Positions 38,865 through 50,834 of a stretch of DNA of 64,000 nt are shown in pieces. Numbering within the stretch: the first letter of the stretch is position 1; each line of letters begins with the position of its first letter. The position numbers and the translations under genes were made by a program. Source of the stretch: Heteronotia binoei (taxonomy: Eukaryota); the NCBI RefSeq assembly GCF_032191835.1, contig NC_083224.1:34286001-34350000 (forward strand), written 5' to 3'. The notes beneath the pieces are model-generated. The model worked only from the letters and a program-made list of their open reading frames with translations, was not told the origin of the DNA and searched no databases.

Positions 38865-41800
38865 GTATGTGTGGATCCTAGATATGGTATATATTTATTT
38901 CATTTATTTCTATCTTACATTTCCAGGCAGTGATTTCCAAGGTAAAGAAGAATAGTAAATCATAAAATATATAGGGCTTTTCCACATTCTCATTTTACTC
39001 GCTTGTAAGTTCCTGTTTGGAGGGGCGGGGAAGGATTATTCATGTGTTTGGCTCCCCCTAGTGGTCAATTTGATATTACACCAGTTTATGTCCAGCATAT
39101 CTCCCTGCAGATTTAAACTGCAGGTTTTTATGTTAGACATACACAGTGTAATATTGAATTGACCACTAGGGGGAGCAACCCACATGCAGAAAAGAAACAC
39201 CCACCTACCTGCACACCAAAGAAATAGGAACTTACAAGCAAGGCAGATGAAAATGTGGAAAAGTCCTATATATAACAAAACAGTCAGGAGCACCAGAAAG
39301 AAATGAGTAAAGCTTCTTTGCAGGCAGTAAAGCAGCTGAATCCAAAGAAAGCAGGTGTGATACAAAAAAACCCCACCTGTTTTAAAAAAGGTCACTCTTT
39401 AAGGCCAGCTAGATTCTGAAACTGGCAACCATCGAAAAGTAACAGATTTGGATTCTGGGCATTTTGGGTGGCAGAAAGAACAGGGAGAGGTTGCATTCTG
39501 TGGGCAGAAGTCTTATTCTGTATTAATCCAACACTGAGAAGATTCTTGTTCATTATGACACATCAAAATCATATTAAAAAGAAAGGTTGTCACAATTTCC
39601 CAGGGAGGAGAAAAAATAGCTTTACTTGTATATCCTAATACGTTTAAATGTATGCCATTTCAAAATCTGTCTTTAGGTAGCACAAAAGCAGATCTGGTCA
39701 AAAAAAAAAATTTCTGTTTGCATCACTTCTATATTCTTCTTAATTCTTCAAAGCTTAAAACAGATTGCCATAAAATGACTATAAAGTAAAATGTTTGACT
39801 TTTGATGTTTTCCCCCATGATTTCTATCCAAAGCCTCCAAAAGTCTTCCTGAAATGGTATCATTAAGCCTCAGACAAGCAGCTCTGATTCTACAGCAGCA
39901 CTCCCTCCCAATTATTATAAAATCTTTTTATTCTTGTTACGTTTTTATTGAACCATAAAATAGCCATTTGATTAGGTTTTCAGAGTTATTGAAGATCCCA
40001 CATTTCCTTTGAACCGACGGGTGTCTGGAATTTCCTCCCAGGGTACAATTGTTGTCACTAGCAAAACTAAATCCACTGCATCAACATAGCCTGGGAGACA
40101 AATGCATTTGGTCTACAGCTGTAGCCGCAGTAGCTGTAATCCGATCTACACTATAATGTTTAAAGAATGAACTCCTGGAAGACAGTTTCTGCTTTACTGA
40201 GAGAAGCAATTCCTGCACCTCAATAAGAGGGGACTGTTTTTCTGGCTTGAAGGAGCCAATATTGTAACTGTAGAAGCAGCAACAAAGATTCACAGCTAAG
40301 GTGAGGGTGTTTGTTTGTTTTTTACAATTGCCATGGCAAAATCCCATCCAAGACATATTGGTTTGAAAAAAATTAGCTTGGAGAGGATTCAGTTTGACAA
40401 ATGCCACATAAATATTGGTTAGGTTTACATTATTCAAAGTCTTTCTGCAAGCAGGGCCATTTGATTTCGATTTTTGTGAGTGTTTATTTTATGGTGGAAG
40501 TTAAGTGCTATTAATATTAGATATTATCTTTGATTGGGTGATGTCTTCCTGTGTTTCTCTTTTTTGTGTTGTCTGATGTATTATAGTGTTATGGCCTGGT
40601 ACTTTGTATTCAAGGGTAAACATGGAGTATCCTGAGAACTCTCACTCAGATTGCTGCCATGATGAATGACAGTGGTGATTCTTTTTAATGTTAATTGTAT
40701 CAGGATCATACTTCATATTGCTTGGTATGATGGGAGGCCAAACTGTACTCTGTTGGGAGATCTGTGATCTCATAGCAAAAGTAGGCATGAGGGAGATATT
40801 AATTTTGATCAGTGTCTTTGAACTATAAAACAGAATGTTAATCACCCAAAAGGTGATTAACACATGGAATCCACTGCCACAGGAGGTGGTGACGGCTACA
40901 AGCATAGCCAGCTTCAAGAGGGGATTGGATAAACATATGGAGCAGAGGTCCATCAGTGGCTATTAGCCACAGCATATTGTTGGAACTCTCTGTCTGGAGC
41001 AAGTGATGCTCTGTATTCTTGGTGCTTGGGAGGGCCAACAGTGTGAGGGCTTCTAGTGTCCTGGCCCCACTGATGAACCTCCTGATGACACCTGGCTTTT
41101 TTGGCCACTGTGTGATACAGAGTATTGGGCTGGATGGACCATTGGCCTGATCCAATATGGCTTCTCTTAATGTGTCTTTCCTCCTGCTTGGGCTAGGATC
41201 AACTGGAGGGAGGAGATTTCTATCAAGAAAGGGGGAAGGGGCCACGGTTTGGTGGTAGAGCATCTGCTTGGCATGCAGAAGGCCCCAGGTTCAATCTCTG
41301 GCATTTTCAGTTTTAAAAAAAACAAGCAGATGGATCCAAGTGGGCAGCTGTGTTGGTCTGAAGCAACAGAACAAAGCTGGAGTTCCATAGCACCTTTTTA
41401 TTGAGAAAGTGAGTTTTCGTGTGAATGCAGATGATGCAGGACCAAGCAGTTGGTTATATGAAAGACCCTTGCTGCACAAGACCCTGGAGAGATACTGCCA
41501 GTCTGAGTAGACAGTACTAACCATGATGCACCAAGGGTCTGCTTCAGTATAAGGGAACTTCATGTGTTTTCATACCCTCAAAAGAAAATAGTTAACCTCC
41601 CCCCTTCCTGCCTCAGCACCATAGACCAGATCCAACTTAGCCCTATCTTCCCATAGCTTGTTTTTAATTTTAAAATAAATTTGAGGAAATTTAATCACAT
41701 ACCTCCTGTGTAGTATCTGGAGTGGGACCAGGTATGATTGAGAAGCAGATAATTCAGCTGAACAGGTCTGGCTCTTGGAAAGGAAACTGCCTATGTGCCC

Positions 41801-42464
41801 TATTTGTGAGGTAAAAGAGAGAGACAGGATCAAGAGAGCAAAAATCCAAGCCACCATAATTGATTTCAGAGCTGGTCCTGAGTGATTCCCATCACCAGGA
41901 TTGGTGAAAATTAGGGAAAGATTGGAGGGAAGGGAGACACTTGCTTACTTCGCCATTCCTTATTGCACTCAGCAGTCCCACACTGGAATGTCTGCATCAG
42001 AGGCTACAATTTCTAGGCAGGCTGAACTGATGAGAGGATGGACCATACCAGCAATAATAGGGGCTTCTTCTCTCACTAGCACACTTGGGTCACATTCCTT
42101 CTAAACTGGCTCCTAGGAAAATCTCTCTAGCTCTTGGAGCATCTTCCCTATGAGGAGGAGGAAGAGAAGAAGAAGAAGAAGACTATAGATTTATACCTCG
42201 CCTTCTCTCTGAATCAGAGCGGCTCACAATTTCCTATACCTTCCTCCCCCACAACAGACACCCTGTGAGGTAGATGAGGCTGAGAGGGCTCTCCCAGAAG
42301 CTGCCCTTTCAAGGACAACTCCTGCATGAGTTATGGCTGACCCAAGGCCATTCCAGCAGCTGCAAGTGGAGGAGTGGGGAATCAAAACCCGGTTCTCCCA
42401 GATAAGAGTCTGCACACTTAACCACTACACCAAACTGTCTCTCAGTTTGGTGTAGTGGTTAAGG

Positions 42465-43115
42465 AAAAGCTGAAGAGTCCGAGATGTTTCAGATTAGAGA
42501 AGAGACGACTGAGGGGTGACATGACAGAGGTTTGTGAAATTATGCATTAGGATGGAGAGAGATGACAAAGAGAACTTTTTCTCCCTCTCCCAAAATAACA
42601 GAACCCAAGGGCATCCAGTGAAGCTGATAGACAGTAGATTCAGGACAGTCAAAAATGGAAATACTTCTTTGCAGAGAAAATATGAAATTTGCTGCCATAG
42701 GGTATAGTAGTGGCCACAGGCATAAACAGCTTTAAAAGGGGATTAGATGGATTCATGGAGAACAGATCTGTCAGTAGCTACCAGCTCTGGTGACTAAAAG
42801 GAACCTCCATGTTCAGAAGCATTAGCCTCTGAATCTCAGAGCCAGGAGGGAACGTCAGGGGGAGGCCTCAGTCTCTATGCCCTATTGTTGGCCCTCCAGA
42901 GGAACTGGTTGGCCACTGTGTGAGACAGGATGCTGAACTAGAGGGACCCTCACTGGTCTGATCCAGCAGGGCTCTTCTGATGTTCTTATGAGGGGAAGGC
43001 CTTGGGCTCTCTGCCCTGTTGTTGGCCCTCCGGAGGGATCGGTTGGCCATTGTGTGAGACAGGATGCTGGACTAGAAGAACCACTGGTCAGATCCAGCAG
43101 GGCTCTTTTTATGTT
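42465..43115 (+). mobile_element. CR1 3' fragment with duplicated 3'UTR module
   Basis: Decayed LEKRRLRGD-type coding end plus two copies of ttggccactgtgtgagacaggatgctg..ccagcagggctctt. Other CR1 ends at ~11870-12150, 18778-18920, 33185-33415, 40830-41170, 53990-54303 and 61955-62140. Confidence 0.85.
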
Positions 43116-43253
43116 TTCTTAAATGTTGACAAGACTGGATTTTTTTTTATATGGGATTCTGCAGAAGAGAATGTTTTGCTATATCTAGCTGCATTGTCAC
43201 GGATACATCACTTGTATAATAATAATAAAAATTGATCTGGCAATGATCTGCAG

Positions 43254-43412
43254 ACTCCAACAGATGACATTGAGGTGATAAACACAGAAAGAGTGGAAGT
43301 CTCCCCTGAAGCTTCCACAAGAGATGAAACCAGAAGCCTGGAAGCTACAGAAACAAGATCCAAAGGAGAGGAAAAGCCTTCCAAGACAAACCTGAGGAAA
43401 TTCTTCAAGTTG
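43254..43412 (+). CDS. BCAS1: BCAS1 159-nt exon TPTDDIEV...KPSKTNLRKFFKL
   Basis: ctgcag|ACT (in-frame TGA at 43233 bounds it upstream) and TTG|gtaagc. Position and C-terminal motif parallel mammalian KPRTSLMAFLRQM. Confidence 0.85.
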
Positions 43413-44481
43413 GTAAGCAAGATTTAAAAAAAAAGAAGTATGTGGAAGAAATATAAAATGTGTTCCAGGATGCCATGAACAATCATGCCAGGATGCCATG
43501 AACAACATCAAATAGGTGGCTTTGCAAATGGTCTGTTGTTATAACTCAAAGTAAGATTTTTAGCATCTTGAAAGCCAACAAATTTATTGTGGCACAAGCT
43601 ATCGAGAGTCAGAGCTCACACCACCAGATGCACAAATTGTTATTTTCAGTTGGTAGAGAGATTTATTCCTAAAGCTATAAGCATCAGAAGGAAGGGCAGG
43701 GTGGAGAAAATATTACAAAGAAAAGTCAGAAGGCCTGGCTATTGTTACAGACTTATCCCTAATAGCTCTTTCATAAACTAATGGCCAATCTCACAAATTG
43801 TTATTTCCAGCGATGGGTGCACTTTAAGAACATCCCCTGTTTGATAGTCATATGATGGGCTTTATCATGGGAAATGGAGGTTAGAAGGCATCTGGACCTA
43901 GACGTCCCCCTGATCTTGTCAGATCTCAGAACCTAAGCAGGGTCAAGCACTAGTGAGCACTTGGATGGGAAACCATCAAGGAAGTCCAGGGTCACTACGC
44001 AGACCAGGCTATGGCAAACCTCCTCTGTATATAATATATGAAGGAGCCTGATATTGAATCAAACCAGTAATCCATGTAGACCAGTCCTATCTACTTTGGC
44101 TTGCAGTAGTTTTCTTAGGACTGTGGCAAAGGTCCATGCACTGGGAGAATCCTCCCAATGAGCTCTATCTGGACTTGTTTAAAGGATCTGTCCATTCCCA
44201 GAGCTGCAGGTGGCATGCCTGCGGAAAAAGTGAGAAATCCCCAACCAAATCAACATAGGCCAAGCCCTGGAATCCCATGGGGTTGGATTAGACAACCCTG
44301 GAGGTCCCTTCCAACTCTATGACTCTATGAATCTCCCCACTGTGGGAAGAGGAAGGGCTATGAAGTCCCTTCACAGGTTCCAAGGCAGTGTTAGAGACAC
44401 AGAGGCCTGCTTAGAGACATCCATTTGAACTGATTGCCACTGAAGCACTCTAGAAATGGCTTTCATCCTTTGTTATTTTAG

Positions 44482-44547
44482 TCAGTCAGAGGTGACGCAG
44501 GGGCAACACCTTCAGAAGAGGTAAATGGCCCAGCGCCTGACCAGCAA
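44482..44547 (+). CDS. BCAS1: BCAS1 66-nt exon SVRGDAGATPSEEVNGPAPDQQ
   Basis: ttgttattttag|TCA...CAA|gtaagt; matches mammalian SVKGDGGITHSEEINGKDSSCQ. Confidence 0.93.
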
Positions 44548-45461
44548 GTAAGTGTCTGGATCCAGTCTTGTCTTGGTGATGGGTTCAGCTGTCCTCAACT
44601 TTCAGAGCTTTATTCAGGGCCAGTTCTCCAGCGAAACGACCGAGCAACTGCTGGGGCTGACACAGAAAGGAGGAAACTAATGCCCTTCTAGGACTCGGCT
44701 CACTCCAAGGTATCAGTGGCACAGGAGGGGTGTGGTATCACTTCCTGGGACTGTGCCCCTACCAGCTGGGTCCAAAACAGTGGACTGTGCAGTACTGTAC
44801 GACCCCAGCAGCGGCAAGTCCAACTGATGCTGGATTTGTGGTGACCTGATTCCTAGAACTGGCCCTGCTTTTGCTTTGTTCTCGTATAATAAGACTGTCA
44901 ACCATTTCATAAAATACTCTGTTGTATTTCATTCATTCTTTGTTTCCTAATGATGTTTGGATTCACTGTGGCACTGTTGGATTCTTTGTTTTTTTTTAAA
45001 TCTTCTTTGAAAGCAAATCTATAAAATTAGTAAATTAAGAATTATTCCACTACAGTCTTCATACACTGAACCGATTGGTCTGAACTCTGATCTCTCGAGT
45101 ATAAAATGAGAACCCTATAAGTAGTAGATTTATCATTATTATTACATCATTGTCTCATTTTGTGTGATGTAAAAACGAAAATACAGCCAAAAGTTCCTCA
45201 GGCTAAGCCTTCTAAATTGCTTGGACAAGCACCTTAAAGATCAGCAAGACATCCAGGCTCTAAGCCAGGGGTGGCCAAACTACAGCTTGGAGCCACATGT
45301 GGCTCTTTCACACGTATTGTGTGACTCTCGAAGCCACCCTCTCGCCTGTTGGCCAGCTTGGAGAAGGCATTTGTCTCTTCAGATCACTTCTCCAAGCCAA
45401 GCCAGCAGATTGGAGAATGTATTTAAAGTTAAAGTTGCTTCCTATTCTCCTCTCCCTCCCC

Positions 45462-45607
45462 NNNNNNNNNNNNNNNNNNNNNNNNNNNNNNNNNNNNNNN
45501 NNNNNNNNNNNNNNNNNNNNNNNNNNNNNNNNNNNNNNNNNNNNNNNNNNNNNNNNNNNNNNNNNNNNNNNNNNNNNNNNNNNNNNNNNNNNNNNNNNNN
45601 NNNNNNN
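45462..45607. other. Assembly gap (N run) inside a hAT MITE
   Basis: About 146 Ns at the low-complexity (cctt)n part seen in the sister copy 6511-6842. Confidence 0.97.
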
Positions 45608-47351
45608 NTCTGATGTTTATTCTGTGTGGCTCTTACACTAAGCAATTTTGGTCACCCCTGCTCTAACCTGTCAAGCGTCAAAGTTCCCTTTATCAGATAG
45701 TGCAAGGAAGCTTTGACTCCCAAAAGTTTATACTTTGGATATCTTGTTGGTCTTTAAGGTGCTGGGCTTGAGTCTTGCTCTTCTACTGGACTCAAATTTT
45801 GCTCTTCTGTTGCAGCCCAACTTGGCCACCCACCTGAAATTAAGTTGCCTGGATAAGAGGTCACCTGCCTATGGGTTGATTTCCATGAGACAGAATTCAC
45901 AGCATGGGATCTACAGACCTTACCTGTGAACTCTTCCATAGTCAAATATCATTTGTGTCTCCTTACCATTCCGGGCTGATGTAGTGCAGAAGAACAGCTA
46001 GATTGGAGTCCAGTAGCAACTTAGAAACGGAAAAGATTTTAGGGGTTTGACCTTTCAAGAGTCAAACTCCCCTTCGTAGTGCACAAGGAGTTTCAACCCC
46101 TTTCCCATGGCCAAAGACCACGTGGCAAGCATGCCTGCCTCTCCTGGTTTTCTTCAAAGGAGGAGCCAAGTACAAGTGTAATAAAGAAATATAAACCCAT
46201 TCTAAGTATTCATTGTATAAAGGGAGCATGCAGAGTGGTAAAGCTGGAGTACTGCAGCCCAAGCTCTCTGCTCACGACCTGTGTTCAATCCCAGCGAAAG
46301 CTGGGTTCAGGTAGCTGGCTCAAGGTTGACTCAGCCTTCCATCCTTCTGGGGTCAGTAAAATGAGTACCAGCTTGCTGGGAGGAAAGTGTAGATTACTGG
46401 TGAAGAAAAATGGCAGACCACCCCTTAAAAAGTCTGCTGTGAAAACATCGTGATGCAACATCACCCCAGAGTTGGAAACGACTGGTGCTTGCACAGGGGA
46501 CTACCTTTACCTTTATTTAACTTTTAGCATCAAGTTTTGCAAAGATGGCACTGATGAGCTGTTTGTTTAACCGACAGGGCCCTTTGCCGCAGCTCTGAAC
46601 TGTCAGGAGGCCCTAACGGGACCCTCAGCATTAGCACGGCCCATTTCCGACTTCGCGACTTGCAAGGCTTCCCAGTTGCTAAGGGAAACCGCCCCAAATC
46701 ACCCGCTGTTTAACCTTACAGTGACAACAGGGCAGGCAAGTGAAGGAGGGGAAGAGGTCACTGAACAGCAATTGAATCTGTTTAGTGTTCCATTCTGGAG
46801 CATCCCATTTGGTGGAGCCAACCCTCCCCCCCCCCCCCACTTTGCTGAATCTTTGCTAAAATGTCATCCATCAGAGATTTCAGGAATTGACTGATTCCGC
46901 TCCAAAGTCAGTGAGAATCCTTCCTTCAGCCTCTGGGGCTGACGTGAGAAGAAATCCTTAGGAAAAACATGTCAACCTGTTAATCTGGTTTTCCTCGCTC
47001 GGAAAGGCCTAACTGCTTATGAGCTGAGACAGGCTGTCAGGTCTAGATTTGCCATAACAATAAGAAGGATGAATGTATGGTTCATTATTTATTGCTTTCA
47101 TTTTGTATTTCCCAATCTTGCTTCCATCAATATTAGAAGTGTCAGTTTCGGGCTTTAAAACATTAACATGGAGACGTTTCGCAGACTAACTACCTGAGAT
47201 TCTGGAGAAAGTCTGCTGGTATTCTGGCTGATCTAGGGGCAAAATGACAACCTGAACATACTTCATATGGCTCCGGTAGAAGCTTTTTTTGACATCGCCA
47301 TTAGCTCCAGCTGAAACATAAAATAAGAGACATGCTGAAATTAACTATAGT

Positions 47352-47520
47352 CAGGGGTGGAATTCTAGCAGGAGTTCCTTTGCATATTAGGCCACACACT
47401 CCTGATATAGCCAATCCTCCAAGAGCTTACAAAAAAGAGCCTTTAAACTCTTGGAGGATTGGCTACATCAGGGGGTGTGGCCTAATATGCAAAAGAGCTC
47501 CTGCTAGAATTCCACCCCGG
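47352..47520. mobile_element. hAT MITE family A variant
   Basis: TSD actatagt/actataat. Confidence 0.88.
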
Positions 47521-47694
47521 ACTATAATTAATGTCAGTGTGAGGCATGAAAGGGGGAAGGGGGAAGGAGACTTTGCACACAAGAGAAGAGGGGCTCAGAA
47601 AAGGGAACTGACATCTCCAAGGCCCATTCTGAACCTCCTAACCAACATTTGAACTTTAACCAAAATGTAGTCCAAAATAAGTGTACATTCTGTA

Positions 47695-47856
47695 GATTCA
47701 GGTGGCCAGCCGTGTTGGTCTGAAGCAGTAGAATAAAGTTAAAGTCCAGTAGACCCCTTAAGACCAACAAAATTTTATTCAAGGTATGAGCTTTTGTGTG
47801 TAGAGGCATCTGTATATATATGAACTGGTAACTTCCATTTCAATGTATCTGAGGAA
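47695..47856. mobile_element. Penelope-like element terminal remnant
   Basis: gtccagtagacccttaagaccaacaaaattttattcaaggtatgagcttt motif, with an inverted copy at ~48222-48265. Related remnants at ~17700-17772, 21630-21765, 41325-41440 and 45662-45790. Confidence 0.65.
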
Positions 47857-48007
47857 GGCTCCAATCACACACACTAAATAATGCACTTTCAATCCACTTC
47901 CAGTGCACTTTCCAACTGGATTTTATTGTGTAAACTGGCAAAATCCAGTTAGAAAGTGCACCGGAATTGGATTGAAAGTGCATTATTTAGTGTGTGTGAT
48001 CGCAGCC
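47857..48007. mobile_element. Palindromic Harbinger-like MITE (near-perfect ~68-bp stem)
   Basis: Arms are reverse complements with about 5 mismatches; 15-nt loop. Confidence 0.82.
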
Positions 48008-48020
48008 AAAGTGTTACAAT

Positions 48021-48208
48021 CTGGGCTTTTTTGTAGTAAAAGCCCAGCAGGAACTCATTTGCATATTAAGCCACACACCCCTGACAGCACCATTGTTCTA
48101 CACAGAACCTTTTTGTAGAAAAAGCCCAGCAGGGATCATTTGCATTTTAGGCCTCACCCCCTGATGCCAACCCAGCCGGAACTGCGTTCCTGCTCAAAAA
48201 AAGCCCTG
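48021..48208. mobile_element. hAT MITE family B
   Basis: TIRs present; degenerate TSD gttacaat/attacaac. Confidence 0.82.
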
Positions 48209-50579
48209 ATTACAACTCATACATTGAATAAAACTTTGTTGGTCTTAAAGGGGCCACTGGACTAATTTTGTTCTAGAATTGTTTTCTGTCAGTGTAGACC
48301 CAACCTGTGGATTTAAGTATCCGCAGATGGCTCCACACTTGACTATTAGACATAAGGTATTATATGATGATAATAAAATGGGATGTTTGCCGTTTTCCCA
48401 TACATGTCTAATTTCTATATATATTGAGAGTCATGCTAGCTGAGAGCCTCTTCTGTAGAGTCTGTGGCTTGGACTCAGAGCAATGTTTCTGTGGATGGAA
48501 GGATCCACAACAACTTTGTTTCTCAATGCCTGACTTGGGTATGACATCCCGGACTGATGGATATAGAGTGGAATGCGGGAAGGGATATATAATTAGAGAG
48601 CCAAAGCAATTCACACTGCTGTCTTGGAATGCAGAAATACTAACAGTGCCACTTGTTTTCTCATTCTTTCGAAAACTGTATCATTGTAAAATCTGGTGAA
48701 CCTTAAGTTTTGTCTGTGTCCTGCTCTTTTTTCCCTTCCTTTCTTTGGTATAATAAATTGCTTGGTAATAGTGGTTGCTTTGCAAAAAAAAAAAAAAAAT
48801 CGTATTTTCTCCATTTGCAATTCTATGCAGAATTTTCTGTGGCATTGGATTTCCTTGATCAGATCATGGCTTGTCAATCTTCTGGTGGAGTATTTTAATT
48901 TTACCCAGGGGGAATCTGTTCAGATCACTTTTCCTTTCTGTAACTTGGGGTTGTGTATCCACTGTCCTTCAAATCTCTTTCTCCCTGTCCCTCCCACCGC
49001 CTCTCTGTTTTGGTTTCTTGTTTTGTGGCTTGGGATGAGAACACTGTTCTATATACTGTGTTGGTGATGGTGTTGCATGCCTGTGAAAACTTTCTTGCTA
49101 GCATCCTACGAACAAGCTCTGTGTGCGTTAGATAGTCTCTGCCTCATAGCACACTATCTCTTATGCTGTCACTTCTGTTTGTGCAAGGCCAGCAGAAAAC
49201 AATTGACCTTCCTCAGATGGAAATGCTAGCGCAAGAGGAAGCATGCTCTGCAGCAGAGATCATCTAGCATACGCTGAACTTGTTCGTAGGATCCAAGCCT
49301 CTTTCTTGATGGGTGTGTCCAGATGGCAACTTCTTGGGCTCCAGGCTCGCCCAGGGCAACATACACTGAGGAATGTGGGAAGTTGTCTCCGGGTATCTTT
49401 TCCCCAAGGAAGACTGGCGCTTGGAGTCAGTATAGATCAGTTTGTACCCAGTGCTTGTCCCCTGCTAGTCCCTTTCCACTACACTGACTGATGGGTGATT
49501 GGCATTGGTGTGGGCATCCTGTACAGCTGTAAAATGGAACCTGGCATAATGTAACGCTCAACTGTGAGCAATTCAGATTTCATCTCAGCCTTTTTCGCCT
49601 TAAACGAAACCCTGTCTCAGTGTCCCATCTGTAATATGTAATCGCTTTGTTGTGGGTGTAATAAGGCTGATGGTTGAGAGAATGCATTTGGACACTCTAA
49701 AGCATTATATCTCTGAACACGAGAAGCTGCCTAAATGCTGAGTTAGACCCTTGGTCTATCAGAATCCGTATTGCCTGCTCTGACTGGCAGTGGTTCTCCA
49801 GGGTCTCACACTGAGGTCTTTCATATCATCTTTCCCTGACCCGCTTAACTGGCGATGGTAGGGATTGAATCTGGAACCTTCTGCATGCCAAGCAGAGGCT
49901 CTGCCACTGAGCTCCACCCTAGGAACAACAGCTGTAATGGTTGCTATTTGTCATCATCCAGACTATAAGGAAACGTTAAAATAGCACAGTCAGCTGCCCA
50001 AGTAAGAGCCTTCTGGACATGCCCTCTGTCAGCTGTCTTTCCCCCTCTTTTTTCATTGTGCAGGTAAAAATAAGAGAAATAAAGAAATGTGCATAAAGAA
50101 ATGCTCTGCAAACGGTGCAGTTTGCATTCACATAAGCAACCCCGCCGTTGTGTGAGGGGCTGCTCATGTGAGCAAGGGTAGTAGATTGGATTCCTTTTTC
50201 ATATATAGTGCATCTTGATCCTCTCTATGTTGACTTGGAAGTCAGTCCCAGAGAATTCAGTGGGGCTCACTTCCACGTTAAACACATTCAGGACCAACAC
50301 TTCAGACATACTGGATAAAGTGGTTTCCACAGGGCCATGCCCCCCAAGAGACTGCTTGGGGTGGCACAATAAGGGTGGGGGCACACCAATGCAGTGTAGA
50401 GGGATCGGGTAGCTGAATCTTGCTTGGGGACAACAAAATATTTTGGGACCAGCCCTGGGTTTCCACCCCGTTGATGCCAAGAGGACAAACTTTAATTTAC
50501 TTAACTGGGGATCCTCCTGCCAAATCAAATGCATTTCTTACTCTAAAAGGAAAATAACTACTGTTTGAAACTGCTTTAG

Positions 50580-50834
50580 ACACTGGACTTCCCAGACAGG
50601 CCCTTTGCCCAGGCTGAGAGCAGAGAAGCTGCAGGTGCACGGAGTAAAGAGAGCTCTACGGAGACACTGAACAAGGCGAAAGGAAGCAAACAGGACGTCA
50701 GAGAGCAGCAAGAACCCCGGGAGCAAGAAAGAGCCGAGACGGACTCCCTTCAGAACGGAGGGGACACCGCAAAGGAGAACACTCCCAAGAGGATAGAGAA
50801 GCGACAGTCATTCGGAGGGTTTTTTAAGGGCCTT
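50580..50834 (+). CDS. BCAS1: BCAS1 255-nt exon TLDFPD...TDSLQNGG...EKRQSFGGFFKGL
   Basis: ctgctttag|ACA...CTT|gtacgt; matches mammalian NSLQNGDK...EKRQQSLGGFFKGL. Confidence 0.95.

Noticed and set aside
40274-40300. 27-nt in-frame AG...GTGAGG segment (KQQQRFTAK)
   Set aside because: No polypyrimidine tract and no similarity to known BCAS1 exons.
41235-41300. tRNA-like sequence
   Set aside because: SINE head continuing into SINE body; mismatched stems, so not a functional tRNA gene. Likewise the 5S-like sequences are SINE heads, not rRNA genes.
46545-46620. CTGATGA followed by a potential stem (hammerhead-like)
   Set aside because: No GAAA after the stem, so the core is incomplete.
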